This document shows, piece by piece, positions 1 to 11,823 of a stretch of DNA of 64,000 bases. Location: contig OZ024753.1 in NCBI GenBank assembly GCA_964016885.1, positions 33,604,001 to 33,668,000 of the forward strand, read 5' to 3'. The notes beneath the pieces were generated by a model that saw nothing but the letters and a program-made list of their open reading frames with translations, did not search any database and was not told the DNA's origin. The position numbers and the translations under genes were made by a program. How positions within the stretch are numbered: position 1 is the stretch's first letter; each line of letters opens with the position of its first letter. The stretch comes from Eledone cirrhosa. Its lineage: Eukaryota.

Positions 1-344
1 CATCTATAATGCTAGTGCCGTGACAAAACACACCTGGTACACTCTGTAAAGTGGTTGGAATTAGGAAAAGCATCCAGTTGTAGACATAACAAGATTATAA
101 GCATTGCTTGTCTTATTCAGATTGAGTTATATACTGTATTTGCTGGCCTATTGGATGCCCCTTCCTATAAATTGCTTCCTGGTTCATTATCATATCTCTA
201 ATGAAAAAGATGATTTTGAATGATTTTCAAATAATTTTGAAAATAATCAAGGATTTAGATGGTTTTGAAAATATAACTAACTTACTCAATATTAAGTTGT
301 TTGAAAGTTTCTTATACAAAACTAATAATTTTATATCATATAGT

Positions 345-397
345 CTAACCCATGCTAGCGTGGAAAATGGACGTTAAACGAAGATGATGATGATGAC
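345..397 (+). mobile_element. RTE-type LINE 3' tail fragment ending in (GAT)n
   Basis: ctaacccatgctagcgtggaaaatggacgttaaacg followed by (gat)n; same tail as the LINE end at 30535-30582. Confidence 0.7.
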
Positions 398-1163
398 ACC
401 CAAAGGTAGTTTCAGGAAGTTTAGTAGCAAAAGTAGTATTATATTTTATTCTATAATTGTTTAACACTTAGATATTAACACTATGGACATGTTAATACTA
501 TTCCTATATATGGCATGATCTGGAATGGCCAGGTATAGAAAGCTGGATAATCTGATGTAATTCACATTTCCATAGTCAGGATTGAATTCATCAAAGAAAA
601 CTCAGTATTTCATTCCATTAATCTTTCTAAAAACTATTTAATTGCACAACATTCATTTATATATATTCAATCAATTCACATATTAAATCAACAATGAAAT
701 TTGGTATCAATAGACATTTGCATACACCAGAACTAGAACGTGTTTGCTATACTCTTTACATTATAGATATATAACAATATATATATTAGTGAATGGCCAT
801 AAAACGCTATCACTTTAGCTCGTTGAAGGATTAATCTTAAATGTTCTTTGTTTATAATCTTTCAGTAGGATGAATGATTTCAGTTAGTCACAGAAAGTAT
901 TTCAATGTCAGATGTTGAAATAGATTAAAGGTGGTAAATTGCTTTTGTTTTTCCATTTCGTGATGTATATGTGAGCAGGGAAAATGGACGTTAAATAATG
1001 ATGGGATATGTGTTGAAAGCTGACCCCCTGCAGCTGAATCTCACAAATGAGATGACCCAAGGTAGAGAAAGCTGGTGATATTCCATAAAACAAGAAACAT
1101 CTTCCTATACAAGTGGAATGAAACAGCTCAAGGAGGGTGGCTAACCACCTATTGCCCTCCACC

Positions 1164-1346
1164 TTAACCCTTTAGCATTTACGTTACTTTATATTTACTA
1201 TTATATTTTCATGGTAAACACTGTTTCACATAATTATCTCACATAATATAGAATCTGAGATGTTGATATTTATTTTGAGAATAGCTTAATATCAGTATGA
1301 GCAACCAGTTACAGCTGGTTTGAACAGAAAGATGCAAAAGGGTCAA
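1164..1346 (+). mobile_element. piggyBac-like MITE (degenerate)
   Basis: TTAA-CCCTTTAGCA ... TGCAAAAGGG-TCAA termini; internal similarity to 11824-12053 and 36043-36233. Confidence 0.6.
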
Positions 1347-1752
1347 ACCTGAAGAAGTAGAGAAGTTGTACAATGCACAAACCTTACATCCTGCCTGCTA
1401 GTATTACTCCTGAATTCCATCCCATCATGTCCCTGATTCCCTTCACCCTAAACTCCAAAAAGCAGAGAGATTGAACAGCTCTCAGGTCCTTACCTGTTAG
1501 TATACTCTTGACTCCTTTGCCAAACCCATGCTAATATGGAAAGCTAGGGCAAACATTTACTAATTCACCTTCCCTGCTGAACTCATGCACTCCCAGAGAA
1601 TAAAACATTGCCTTTTTCTGCATTCATCATTTGAAAAAGTTAAATCTATTTTCCATACTTGCATGGGTTTGATGGCTGTCACATGTTAAGGCCAGACTGG
1701 TAAGGTGACTAGATCCTATTTGTATGGCTTGGTTTTTATGGCTGGGTGCCCG

Positions 1753-1945
1753 TCATCATCAACATCATCATTTTACATCCGCTTTTTCCTGCTTGCAAGG
1801 GTTGGACGGGTCCTATTCAGCACAGCATCTCTCCACTTGTCACGGTCCTAATGACAATTTCACAGTGTGTACTGGGAACATTGTTTTTACAGCTAGATGC
1901 CCTTCCTGACATGAACCACTTTACAGGATGTACTAAGAGCTGCTA
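1753..1945 (-). mobile_element. RTE-tail-bearing repeat fragment
   Basis: (ATC)n followed by ttttacatccgcttttcctgcttgcaagggttggac; near-identical segment at 18575-18667. Confidence 0.55.
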
Positions 1946-1949
1946 AAAA

Positions 1950-2258
1950 GACTGATGATGGACGACCTTGAGGATATGCTTCACACGAGACACGTGCGCT
2001 GGTATGGACATGCCGAGCACAGTGAGGACTCGATCAGCAAAATGATGAATGTCAATCCAAGAGGCAGTAGAGGCCCAAGATGACCAAAAAGGATTAAGAT
2101 GGAGGATGTCTGTTGGGATGAAGCTAGGCTTGACCCAAATGAGACTGGCGGACAGCAGCAGATGGAGCAGGATGCTAAGGAGCGCTGTTAATCAGGACCT
2201 ATCCCTACTTAAATATTAATTGTGTTCTGCATAATCAAAACTGGACGATGATGATGAT
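1950..2258 (+). pseudogene. Degenerate RTE LINE ORF C-terminus with (GAT)n tail
   Basis: Translates ...MLHTRHVRWYGHAEHSEDSISKMMNVNPRGSRGPR*, matching the RTE RLRWYGH...GRP region; ends gacgatgatgatgat next to (TA)n. Confidence 0.6.
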
Positions 2259-2269
2259 ATATGTGTGTG

Positions 2270-2338
<69 letters not shown>

Positions 2339-2379
2339 CGATATTAAATAAATGGAAACTATATTTATAAAACCATATT

Positions 2380-2445
2380 TATTTCATTATATATGTTTCA
2401 GGGATATCATATTAAAAATATGTTATGCCTTCTTCAGACAAAATA
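2380..2445 (-). ncRNA. Minimal type-I hammerhead ribozyme motif (inverted copy, stem III mismatch)
   Basis: Reverse complement: tattttgt CTGAAGA agg...cct GAAA c atat a TA atgaaata. Confidence 0.55.
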
Positions 2446-2589
2446 CAATATAAACAGTCTTATAAATAGATAGATTCGACATTCCTTTCAACTTCGACTT
2501 CTATTTGAAAAGTAGAAGTCGAAGTTTCAAATAGAAGTCGAAGTTGAAAGGTATGTCGAATCTATCTATTTATAAGACTGTTTATATTG

Positions 2590-2653
2590 TATTTTGTCTG
2601 AAGAAGGCATAACATTTTTAATATGATATCCCTGAAATATATGTAATGAAATA
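2590..2653 (+). ncRNA. Minimal type-I hammerhead ribozyme motif
   Basis: tattttgt CTGAAGA agg(...)cct GAAA t ATAT g TA atgaaata: 8-bp stem I, palindromic tetraloop on stem III, GUA site. Confidence 0.7.
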
Positions 2654-2783
2654 AATATGGTTTTATAAATATAGTTTCCATTTATTTAATATCGTAAATA
2701 TACTCCAAATACTTGTTGAGTGCTTTTATATCAGTTATAAATATTTACTTGTTTTTAACCCAACAATTTAAATAAAACTTTGC

Positions 2784-2821
<38 letters not shown>

Positions 2822-2893
2822 ATTTATATATATATATATACACAGATATCATCATCATCATCGCTTAACGGCCATGTTCCACGCTTGCATGGG

Positions 2894-2937
<44 letters not shown>

Positions 2938-3329
2938 TACATGATGTATATGTCTATGTATGTGTGCCTGTCTTTGTATGTATGTATGACATGATCCAAT
3001 GTCACAAAAAATAATAAAATAAAAGACAAAGAAATCAACTACATAACTGCAAACAAATCCACAGATAATATCATATAGCATAGCAGTTGGTGAAAGCACA
3101 CATTACTGTCCTGTATTCTTACTGTCCGTCCATAACTTACTACTAAAACCATGTGTAGACAATGATTTGGAGTCTTTAGACAGTATGTCTGACCAACAGC
3201 AGTTATGTATATTTGATAGATAACTTCAGTAAATACCAATATCTTCATCATGTACATAGCTTTGACTTAATGTTTGGCACGGTGCAGAGGAAAAACAATA
3301 TTTCCTTTACCAGTGGCAATGTATACATA

Positions 3330-3407
3330 TTACATGTATACGCATGCACACGTGTGTATGTGTGTGTGTGTGTATATATACTCATACAATATATGCATGT
3401 GTATATA

Positions 3408-3456
<49 letters not shown>

Positions 3457-3457
3457 G

Positions 3458-3492
<35 letters not shown>

Positions 3493-3495
3493 GTA

Positions 3496-3527
<32 letters not shown>

Positions 3528-3655
3528 CACATGTATATATATATATATATGTATACACATATATATACACATGTATATATATATATATGTATATATATAT
3601 GTATATATGTGTGTGTATATATATATACACGTGTATATATATATATACACACATG

Positions 3656-3705
<50 letters not shown>

Positions 3706-3730
3706 TATACCCATGTATATATCTATGTAT

Positions 3731-3773
<43 letters not shown>

Positions 3774-4183
3774 CACATATATATATACACATATACACAC
3801 ACATACACATATATATACACATATACATATATGCACATATACATATATATGTTGTATGAGTATATGTGTATGTATATGTTTGGGTTTGTGTATATTTATA
3901 TATAAATGTGTGTGTTTATATATATGTGTTTGTGTATATATACATGTCTGTATATATACATGTGTGTATATATACATGTGTGTATATATACGTGTGTATA
4001 TATACGTGTGTATATATACGTGTGTGTATATATACGTGTGTATATATACGTGTGTGTATATATACATGTGTGTATATATACGTGTGTGTATATATACATG
4101 TGTGTATATATACACGTGTGTGTATATATACGTGTGTGTGTGTATATATACGTGTGTATATATATATGTGTGTGTATATATAC

Positions 4184-4218
<35 letters not shown>

Positions 4219-4262
4219 CATAACAGGAACACAGATATATACAGTGTGTGTATATGTGTGTG
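3330..4262. repeat. Compound (TA)n/(TG)n/(CA)n microsatellite
   Basis: Direct reading; source of the YI/CV artefact ORFs. Confidence 0.95.
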
Positions 4263-4437
4263 TTGTACACATTAGTGACAGCAAGGTCACTGTTAATATT
4301 TACACAAGGTATCAGTGACATAGAAACTGGATCCAACTGACTTGTTCTCTAACAATAAACATACGATATGTAGTCTATACATGTTTTTTTTTTATTCTCA
4401 CGTTTGCTTTTATAATCGTATACACATGTGCATACAT

Positions 4438-4811
4438 ATCTATCTATCTAAGGCGGGTAAAATTCCCGAGATCCATGGACGAGTTCTCTCCAGCGGTCTC
4501 TGTCCCTCATTATCGCTGCCATGTCCTGCGTCTCCAACAGACCAGTGTCTGTCCTTAGGGCATCAACATATGTTAACCTTGGTCTTCCTCTTCTAGTGTG
4601 TCCATGTAGGGGCTCCCAAAGGAGCACTGAGTGCAATGTCAACTCTGGATGTCGGTGAGCATGTCCAGCTAACCTCAGTCTCCTCTGTGTCACTTTTGAG
4701 CTGACTTTTGGGAGGCTCCCATACAGCTCTGAGTTTTTCATCCTCAGTGTATACTGATTAATGTTCAGAGCCATCCTCAACATTCTCGTGTAGCACCCAT
4801 CCACCATCTGG
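4438..4811 (-). pseudogene. RTE-group LINE 3' fragment with (GATA)n tail
   Basis: VDGCYTRMLRMAL...RRLRLAGHAHRH...GRPRLTYVD...DRDRWRELV; near-identical copy at 56599-56915. Confidence 0.8.
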
Positions 4812-4859
4812 ATACACACACACATGTATAATATATATATATATGTATTATACATGTGT

Positions 4860-4897
<38 letters not shown>

Positions 4898-4920
4898 CTA
4901 TATATATATATATATATATA

Positions 4921-5095
4921 TCATTGTCATCATTTTAAAATCTTGCTAGCAAGGGTTGGACAGGTTTACATAGGACAGGTTTACCTAGTCAATACTGAAG
5001 TGGGCCTACTTATCTCCCAGACAAGCCAAGGATCTGTGTTTCGCTTATGTAATCCACATGTTCTACCAGGTGCACCGGAGAAATTATCATGTCAT
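4921..5095 (-). mobile_element. Short RTE-type tail fragment
   Basis: (ATC)-like tail followed by ttgctagcaagggttggacagg; second copy at 6061-6198; both in (TA)n. Confidence 0.5.
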
Positions 5096-5110
5096 ATATA
5101 TATATATATA

Positions 5111-5460
5111 TTTATTAAAATAACAGATTAATGTTTAAGCAAAGAATCGCTGCTTTCACCCATAACGGGATCTTCTGAAACTAAAAAAGTCAATCTGTGA
5201 ACGCAAAAGTAAATATTTCAAAAAACCTTAGGAAGACAATACTTTGGTTTGTGGAAACGTTCCCTGACAAAGAACGGAAAGAAAACGAAGATAATACGTC
5301 ATTATTTGGTGTAGTGAAAACAATTACACACAAAACAAAACCACGTTTATGGTATAAATAAAGTCGTAGACTAATATTCTATTAGGTGGTTCATGGAGAC
5401 ATTCTTATATATCTGATATACATTTATCCTTATCGAGCCCTCTTTGGATTTTAGTCTTCA
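5111..5460 (-). mobile_element. Penelope-like 3' end, family with CAGAAGA hammerhead-like motif
   Basis: Homologous to 10262-10563 (+); 3' end abuts (TA)n; hammerhead-like fold at 5133-5181. Confidence 0.55.
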
Positions 5461-5476
5461 AATTTATTATTATTAC

Positions 5477-5655
5477 TGGCAGTATCGGTAGAGGGTCGGA
5501 CGCCATGCTTTGATGCATAGAGTTACTGCCCTTGCCATTCTGAGTTCAAATCCCGCCAAGGTTAACTTTGCCTTTCATCCTTACGGGGTCGATAAAATAA
5601 AGTACCAGTAATGCACTGGTTAATTGCTGGCCTTGTGCATAACGTAGAAACAATT
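5477..5655 (+). mobile_element. tRNA-derived SINE, group A
   Basis: Box A-like TGGCAGTATCGG, box B GAGTTCAAATCC, core ttaactttgcctttcatccttacggggtcgataaaataaagtaccag; more than 15 copies in the window. Confidence 0.85.
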
Positions 5656-5675
5656 ACTATATATATATAGATATA

Positions 5676-6020
5676 TCATCATCATCATCATTTCATTTTA
5701 GGTCCAATTTTCCCTGCTTGCAAGGGTGGGACGGGAACTGATTCTGGCTTGATTTCTATAACTGGATGCCCTTCCTAACACCAACCTCATTTACAGTGAG
5801 TGCTGGGTGCTTTTTTGCCGTGGCACCTCCACGACCACTTTGCAGTGGAATGATAGGGACCCCAGTCCCTATCATCTCATTTCTACAGCTGAGTAAACTG
5901 GAGCAATGTGAAATAAAGTGTCTTGCTCAAGGAAACAACACATCACCCGGTCTGAGAATTGAACTTACAACCTTTCGATTGCAAGGCCAATGCTCTAACC
6001 ACTAAGCCATGTGCCTCCAT
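5676..6020 (-). mobile_element. tRNA-derived SINE, group B with RTE tail
   Basis: Head TGGCTTAGTGG...AGTTCAATTC; 3' half shared with the RTE 3' UTR; copies at 6286-6584 and 22458-22795. Confidence 0.85.
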
Positions 6021-6285
6021 ATATATATATATATATATAGATATATATATATATATATATATCGTCATCATTTTAACATCTTGCTAGCAAGGGTTGGACA
6101 GGTCTAGATAGACCTAGTCAATACTGAAGCCGGGGATCTGTGTCTAGCTTATGTAACCCACATGTTCTACCAGATGCACCGGAGAGATTATCATGTTATA
6201 TATATATATATATCCCACCCCTGCAAGCAGGGTAAAGCAGACGTAAAATGATGATGATGATTGTATATATATATATATATATCTA

Positions 6286-6584
6286 TCATCATCATCATTT
6301 CATTTTACGTCCACTTTTCCTTGCTTGCAAGGGTGGGACGGGAACTGATTCTGGCTTGATTTCTACAGCTGGATGCCGTTCCTAACACCAACCTCATTTA
6401 CAGTGAGTGCTGGGTGCTTTTTTGCCGTGGCACCTCCACGACCACTTTGCAGTGGAATGATAGGGACCCCAGTCCCTATCATCTCATTTCTACTGCTGAG
6501 TAAACTGGAGCAATGTGAAATAAAGTGTCTTGCTCAAGGAAACAACACATCACCCGGTCTGAGAATTGAACTCACAACCTTTCA
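6286..6584 (-). mobile_element. SINE group B with RTE tail, 5'-truncated
   Basis: Near-identical to 5676-5975. Confidence 0.8.
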
Positions 6585-6599
6585 TATATAGCAAAATTG

Positions 6600-7040
6600 G
6601 CAACGGGTACAAAAACTCCATAATTATCAGTTGTTGAAAGGGATGTATGCAATTTCGATCCTCACCAACTACTGGTCCATTTGTGGTGAAAAATCGATGC
6701 TTAGGTGTTCAGATGATTGCAGAAGAAACAGGTTTAAATGACTGAATTTTAACTGACCCTTTACACACATGAAAAATTTCTGCAGTCCAGAACTAGCACC
6801 ATGTGATTTCTACCTCTTCTCTAAGTTGAAATAGAAGTTAAAGGGTCATAATTTTGGAAATATGGAAAACATACAAAAAATATACAAAATATTTCCGGTA
6901 CAGCTATAATCAATGGAAGAATGTTGGAATCACTGTGCGATTTCCCAAGGGTCGTATTTTGAACGAGATAAATTGTAATTTTATGTATGTCTAATATATA
7001 TTTAAATATAATATCAGTACCTTTACTTTTGGGATATACA
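6600..7040 (+). pseudogene. Mariner transposase C-terminal remnant
   Basis: 6781 frame CSPELAPCDFYLFSKLK*KLKGHNF (YSPDLAPxD motif) and downstream WNHCAISQGSYFE; in-frame stop. Confidence 0.75.
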
Positions 7041-7045
7041 TACAT

Positions 7046-7095
7046 CTATATATATATATATATATATACCTTATATGCATTATATATATATATAT

Positions 7096-7142
<47 letters not shown>

Positions 7143-7372
7143 TTTAGGTAGATATATATATATATATACTTATGTATATACATATATATAAACACATACA
7201 TATATATAAACACATAGATATATATATAACATGATTCCACACATATTGTAGAAAAAACTGACAGCTCCTTGCCAACAAATCTAATATTGCAATAGTCAGA
7301 AATAAAACTTTTAATATTTCCATTATAACATTACAATAGCAGCATGATGTAATTATTAATATACATCATGTG

Positions 7373-7405
<33 letters not shown>

Positions 7406-7893
7406 CTATGTTTATATATATGTATATATATATATATTATATTATATATATATACACACACACCTATGTTTATATATATGTATATATATATATTATATAT
7501 ATATATACACACACCTATGTTTATATATGTATATACATATGCCTATATATACACACACCTATGTTTATATATATATGTATATATATATACACACACCTAT
7601 GTTTATATATATATATATATATATAAATATATATATTTGTACATGTGTGTATATATATATATATGTGTGTGTATATATATATATATATATGTGTATATAT
7701 ATATATATGTGTGTGTATATATATATATGTGTGTGTATATATATATATGTGTGTGTATATATATATATATATGTGTGTATATATATATATATGTGTGTGT
7801 ATATATATATATATATATGTGTGTGTATATATATATATATATGTGTATATATATATATGTGTATATATATATATATGTGTGTATATATATATA

Positions 7894-7933
<40 letters not shown>

Positions 7934-8241
7934 ACCATTTTTATTAACTCATCTTTGGGAACTTGTAGATTACAATCTATAAGCAGATAGCTTCAAAGAA
8001 TTCATCTCATTTTTGTTACCTCGTTTTTCTGTATATTATTATCTATGTATTTTATACTCTATTTATTCCTGGCTATAAAATATATTACATGTTTTTGTCT
8101 CACTGGAAAACGTTTCTTTTGTGAGCGTATTAATTTTCACATCTATAAGATGTGATATATATATATATATATGTTCATATATATATATACATATAAGTAT
8201 ATAAATATATATAATGTATGTATATGTATATATACATTCAT

Positions 8242-8280
<39 letters not shown>

Positions 8281-8326
8281 GTATGTGTGTGTATGAATAA
8301 ATATATAATGTATGTGTGAGTGTGTA

Positions 8327-8366
<40 letters not shown>

Positions 8367-8548
8367 TATACATATAAGTATATAAATATATATAATCTAT
8401 GTATGTATATATTTATGCATTCATACATACACACATATATATATATAATGTATGTGTACCTATACATATATAATGTATGTGTGTGTATAAATAAATATAT
8501 AAGTACATACATTATATATATATGTGAATGTATGTGTGAGTGTGTATG

Positions 8549-8593
<45 letters not shown>

Positions 8594-8697
8594 TAAATAT
8601 ATATAATGTATGTATATATATACATTCATACATACACATATATATATATATATAATGTATGTGTACATATACATACACATATATAATGTATGTGTGA

Positions 8698-8744
<47 letters not shown>

Positions 8745-8850
8745 CATACATAATGTATGTGTGTGTATAAATAAATATATAAGTACATACATACATTCAC
8801 ATATATATAATGTATGTGTGAGTTTATGTGTGTGTATGTGTGTATGTGTG

Positions 8851-8880
<30 letters not shown>
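7046..8880. repeat. Compound TA/TG/CA microsatellite field with short unique spacers
   Basis: Direct reading. Confidence 0.9.
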
Positions 8881-8881
<1 letters not shown>

Positions 8882-9090
8882 TTTAATATAGATGAGATTC
8901 TTCAGGACTAGAACTGTTTCATTCTTTAGAAATCATCAGGAATCTCTCAGGGGATTCCTGATGATTTCTAAAGAATGAAACAGTTCTAGTCCTGTAGAAT
9001 CTCATCTATATTAAAACTTTTATACTCTGCAATGTATTGAGTACCTTACTTACTGTGGTTACCTCCGATTCAACCCGGAATAACGTATAT
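8881..9090. mobile_element. Penelope-like 3' end with fold-back duplication
   Basis: ~65-bp inverted arms (8881-8946 / 8951-9016), (TA)n on both sides; truncated homolog at 62168-62280. Confidence 0.7.
8951..9003 (+). ncRNA. Type-I hammerhead ribozyme motif
   Basis: gggattc CTGATGA tttc-taaa-gaat GAAA cag-ttctagtc-ctg TA gaatctc: 7-bp stem I, canonical core, GUA site. Confidence 0.75.
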
Positions 9091-9290
9091 AGATATATAT
9101 ATATATATATATACATATATAATATATGTGTGTGTGTGTAAATAAATATATAAGTACATACATACATTCACATATATATAATGTATGTGTGAGTGTGTAT
9201 GTGTGTGTGTATAAATAAATATATAAGTACATACATACATTCACATATATATAATGTATGTGTGAGTGTGTATGTGTGTGTATGTGTGTG

Positions 9291-9330
<40 letters not shown>

Positions 9331-9408
9331 TATGATTTTCATATAGAAAAAAGAATATATCCAAAGAGATAAGTGTAAAATCTTTGAGAGTACATGTGTG
9401 TGCAATTG

Positions 9409-9520
9409 TATTAGTGCATGTGTATTATTGCATGTGTATTATTGCATGTGTATTATTGCATGTGTATTAGTGCATGTGTATTAGTGCATGTGTATTAGTG
9501 CATGTGTATTAGTGCATGTG
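9409..9520. repeat. 13-14 bp tandem repeat (ttagtgcatgtgta)
   Basis: About 8 tandem units. Confidence 0.85.
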
Positions 9521-9834
9521 TGTCAGTTTATGAATATAAATCAACATTTTCATGAGTAACTGTGTATGCATGCACCTTAAAGATTAGAAGCAATTCTTAG
9601 AAGGTCTACATATCTATGCCTGAATACTGTAAATCTATATTGCAGGAGATCAAAGTAATGACAGTAAGGTGGATACAATACAGTATTCACATCAAACAGA
9701 CACTGTTGCTACTCCGACATAGCCTTCTGATAATTTCATGAAATTAATTATATTATGTTATAAAGCAATAAAAAATTAAATATATACATACATGCATCTA
9801 TATACTATTATTATATATATATATATATATATAT

Positions 9835-9952
9835 AATAATTGTTTCTACTTTAGGCACAAGGCCAGCAATTACCCAGTGCATTACTGGTACTTTATTTTA
9901 TCGACCCCGTAAAATAAAGTACCAGTAATGTACTGGGTAATTGCTGGCCTTA
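9835..9952. mobile_element. SINE group A 3' fragment with fold-back
   Basis: Inverted arms 9859-9900 / 9910-9951. Confidence 0.75.
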
Positions 9953-10054
9953 ATAATAGTATATAGATGCATGTATGTATATATTTAATTTTTATTGATT
10001 TTACTAACCTCTGTCATTTTCGTTCTACTAATTTATTTACATTATTCTTGTGAA

Positions 10055-10236
10055 TTGGCAGTATTGGTTAGGGTCGGACGCCACGCTTTGAAGCATAGAG
10101 TTACCTCCCTTTATGATCCGAGTTCAAATCCCGCCGAGGTTAACTTTGCCTTTCATCCTTACGGGGTCGATAAAATAAAGTATCAGTAATGCACTGGGAT
10201 AATTGCTGGCCTTGTGCCAAAAGTAGAAACAATTAT
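10055..10236 (+). mobile_element. SINE group A
   Basis: Same head, core and tail as 5477-5655. Confidence 0.85.
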
Positions 10237-10261
10237 TCTTAACTCTGAAGCCAAGAATCAT

Positions 10262-10563
10262 TCGGTTTCCTAAATAGAATATTAGTTAGTCTACGACTTT
10301 ATTTATACCATAAACATGGTTTTGTCTTTGTGTAATTGTGCTCATCACTCCACATAATGTTTTATCTTTGCTTTTTGCCGTTCATTGCCAGGGAACGTCT
10401 TCACAAACCAAAGTATCCTCTTCCTGTTTTCCTTCGGTTGCAACATTTTTCGAAATATTTACTTCTGTGTTCACAGATTGATTTTTTTTTTAGTTTCAGA
10501 AGATCCTGTTAAGGGGGAAAGCAGCGATCCTTTGCTTAAACTTCAATCTGTTATTTTAATAAA
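10262..10563 (+). mobile_element. Penelope-like 3' end, CAGAAGA hammerhead-like family
   Basis: Homologous to 5111-5420; ends ttttaataaa followed by (TA)n. Confidence 0.55.
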
Positions 10564-10576
10564 TATATATATATAT

Positions 10577-10618
<42 letters not shown>

Positions 10619-10622
10619 TACT

Positions 10623-10965
10623 GTGAAGGTGCATGACAGTGGTTAGAGTGTCAGGCTTACAATCGTGAGGTTGTGAGTTTGATTCTCGGACTAGGCTTTG
10701 TGCTGTGTTCTTGGGCAAGACACTTTATTTCACATTGCTCCAATTCACTCAGCTGCAAGAATCAGTTGCGAGGTTGCTGATGGCATGCAGTATCAACCAT
10801 TGCCTTTCCCTTGGACAACATCAGTGGCATGGAGAGGTGAGACAGGTATGCATGGGCAACTTCTGTTCTTCTACAAACAAACTTGCCTAGACTTCTGCCT
10901 TGGAGGGGAACTTTCTCAGTGCAAACCCCATGGTCATTTGTGACCAAAGGGTTCTTTACCCTTTA
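10623..10965 (+). mobile_element. SINE group B with alternative tail
   Basis: tRNA-like head plus gcaagacactttatttcacattgctcc core; tail shared with 51330-51660. Confidence 0.75.
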
Positions 10966-11823
10966 ATCTATATACATACCATCAAATGCATGCATGTTTT
11001 AACAAAATCATAGAGTTGAAACACATCATACTAGCAGAAATTTGAAGCATGGTTACATACTCTGAAAACTAGAGGAGAACAATATCATTGAAAAGAGGTG
11101 TTGCTTTCCCTAAACATCAAATAAATACACCATATCCCACATCGAAAGCTAATCATTCACAATTCAGGATCAAGAGATAGCTACCATATATTTGACCATA
11201 GGAGAGATAAGGAAGCCTTCGATTCCCATTGTAATAGAATATATCAATTGTGTTGTATTAATATTGAAAATATTATCACATCACAAGCAGTTGCTCATAA
11301 AATGTTCACAAGGTACTAACTTCCAATGAAATTAACATAGCAGCACAAAATATTTACAGTGTTTTCTGTGGGAAGGATTGATTAACAGTCATGCCAAAGG
11401 CAAACTAAAATGAAAATAAATCTACACCTTTAAAAATACTGGTGAGGCATTCCTATAAAAACAGCAAATTTGTACAGACACTACAGACCTGGTATTGATT
11501 TATGCACATTTTTAGAGTTCCTCAAAGATGTTCTGTTTTTCATCATCTAAGGCTAAGGAAACTAGGTAACAAATTAGTAGAGTCATTAGAATGTCAGATA
11601 AAATGTTTTGGGGTATTCGTTCCAGCTCTCGGTACACTGATCGCAAATCCCCCTAAGGTCAACTTTCTCATTCATCCTTTTGAGGTTGATAAAATAAATT
11701 ACCTATTCAGTACTGGCATCAATTACTTCTATATATCTCTTTCTTACTTCCTTTCATTCACTGTTCTCCTATGAAACAATTTGGCTGTTTTGAAACTAGA
11801 AGAGATAATGGGTTCTGCCAAGT

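Larger units (their letters stand above)
2331..2785. mobile_element. Penelope-like 3' end with inverted (fold-back) duplication
   Basis: ~180-bp near-perfect inverted arms (2331-2510 / 2524-2701), flanked by (TA)n on both sides, containing hammerhead motifs; homolog at 15342-15560. Confidence 0.7.

Noticed and set aside
3213-4336. Long ORFs rich in Y/I/C/V/H/T (also at 7368-8886, 13500-14139, 31653-32326, 41660-42260, 42863-43202)
   Set aside because: Translations of stop-free microsatellites, not genes
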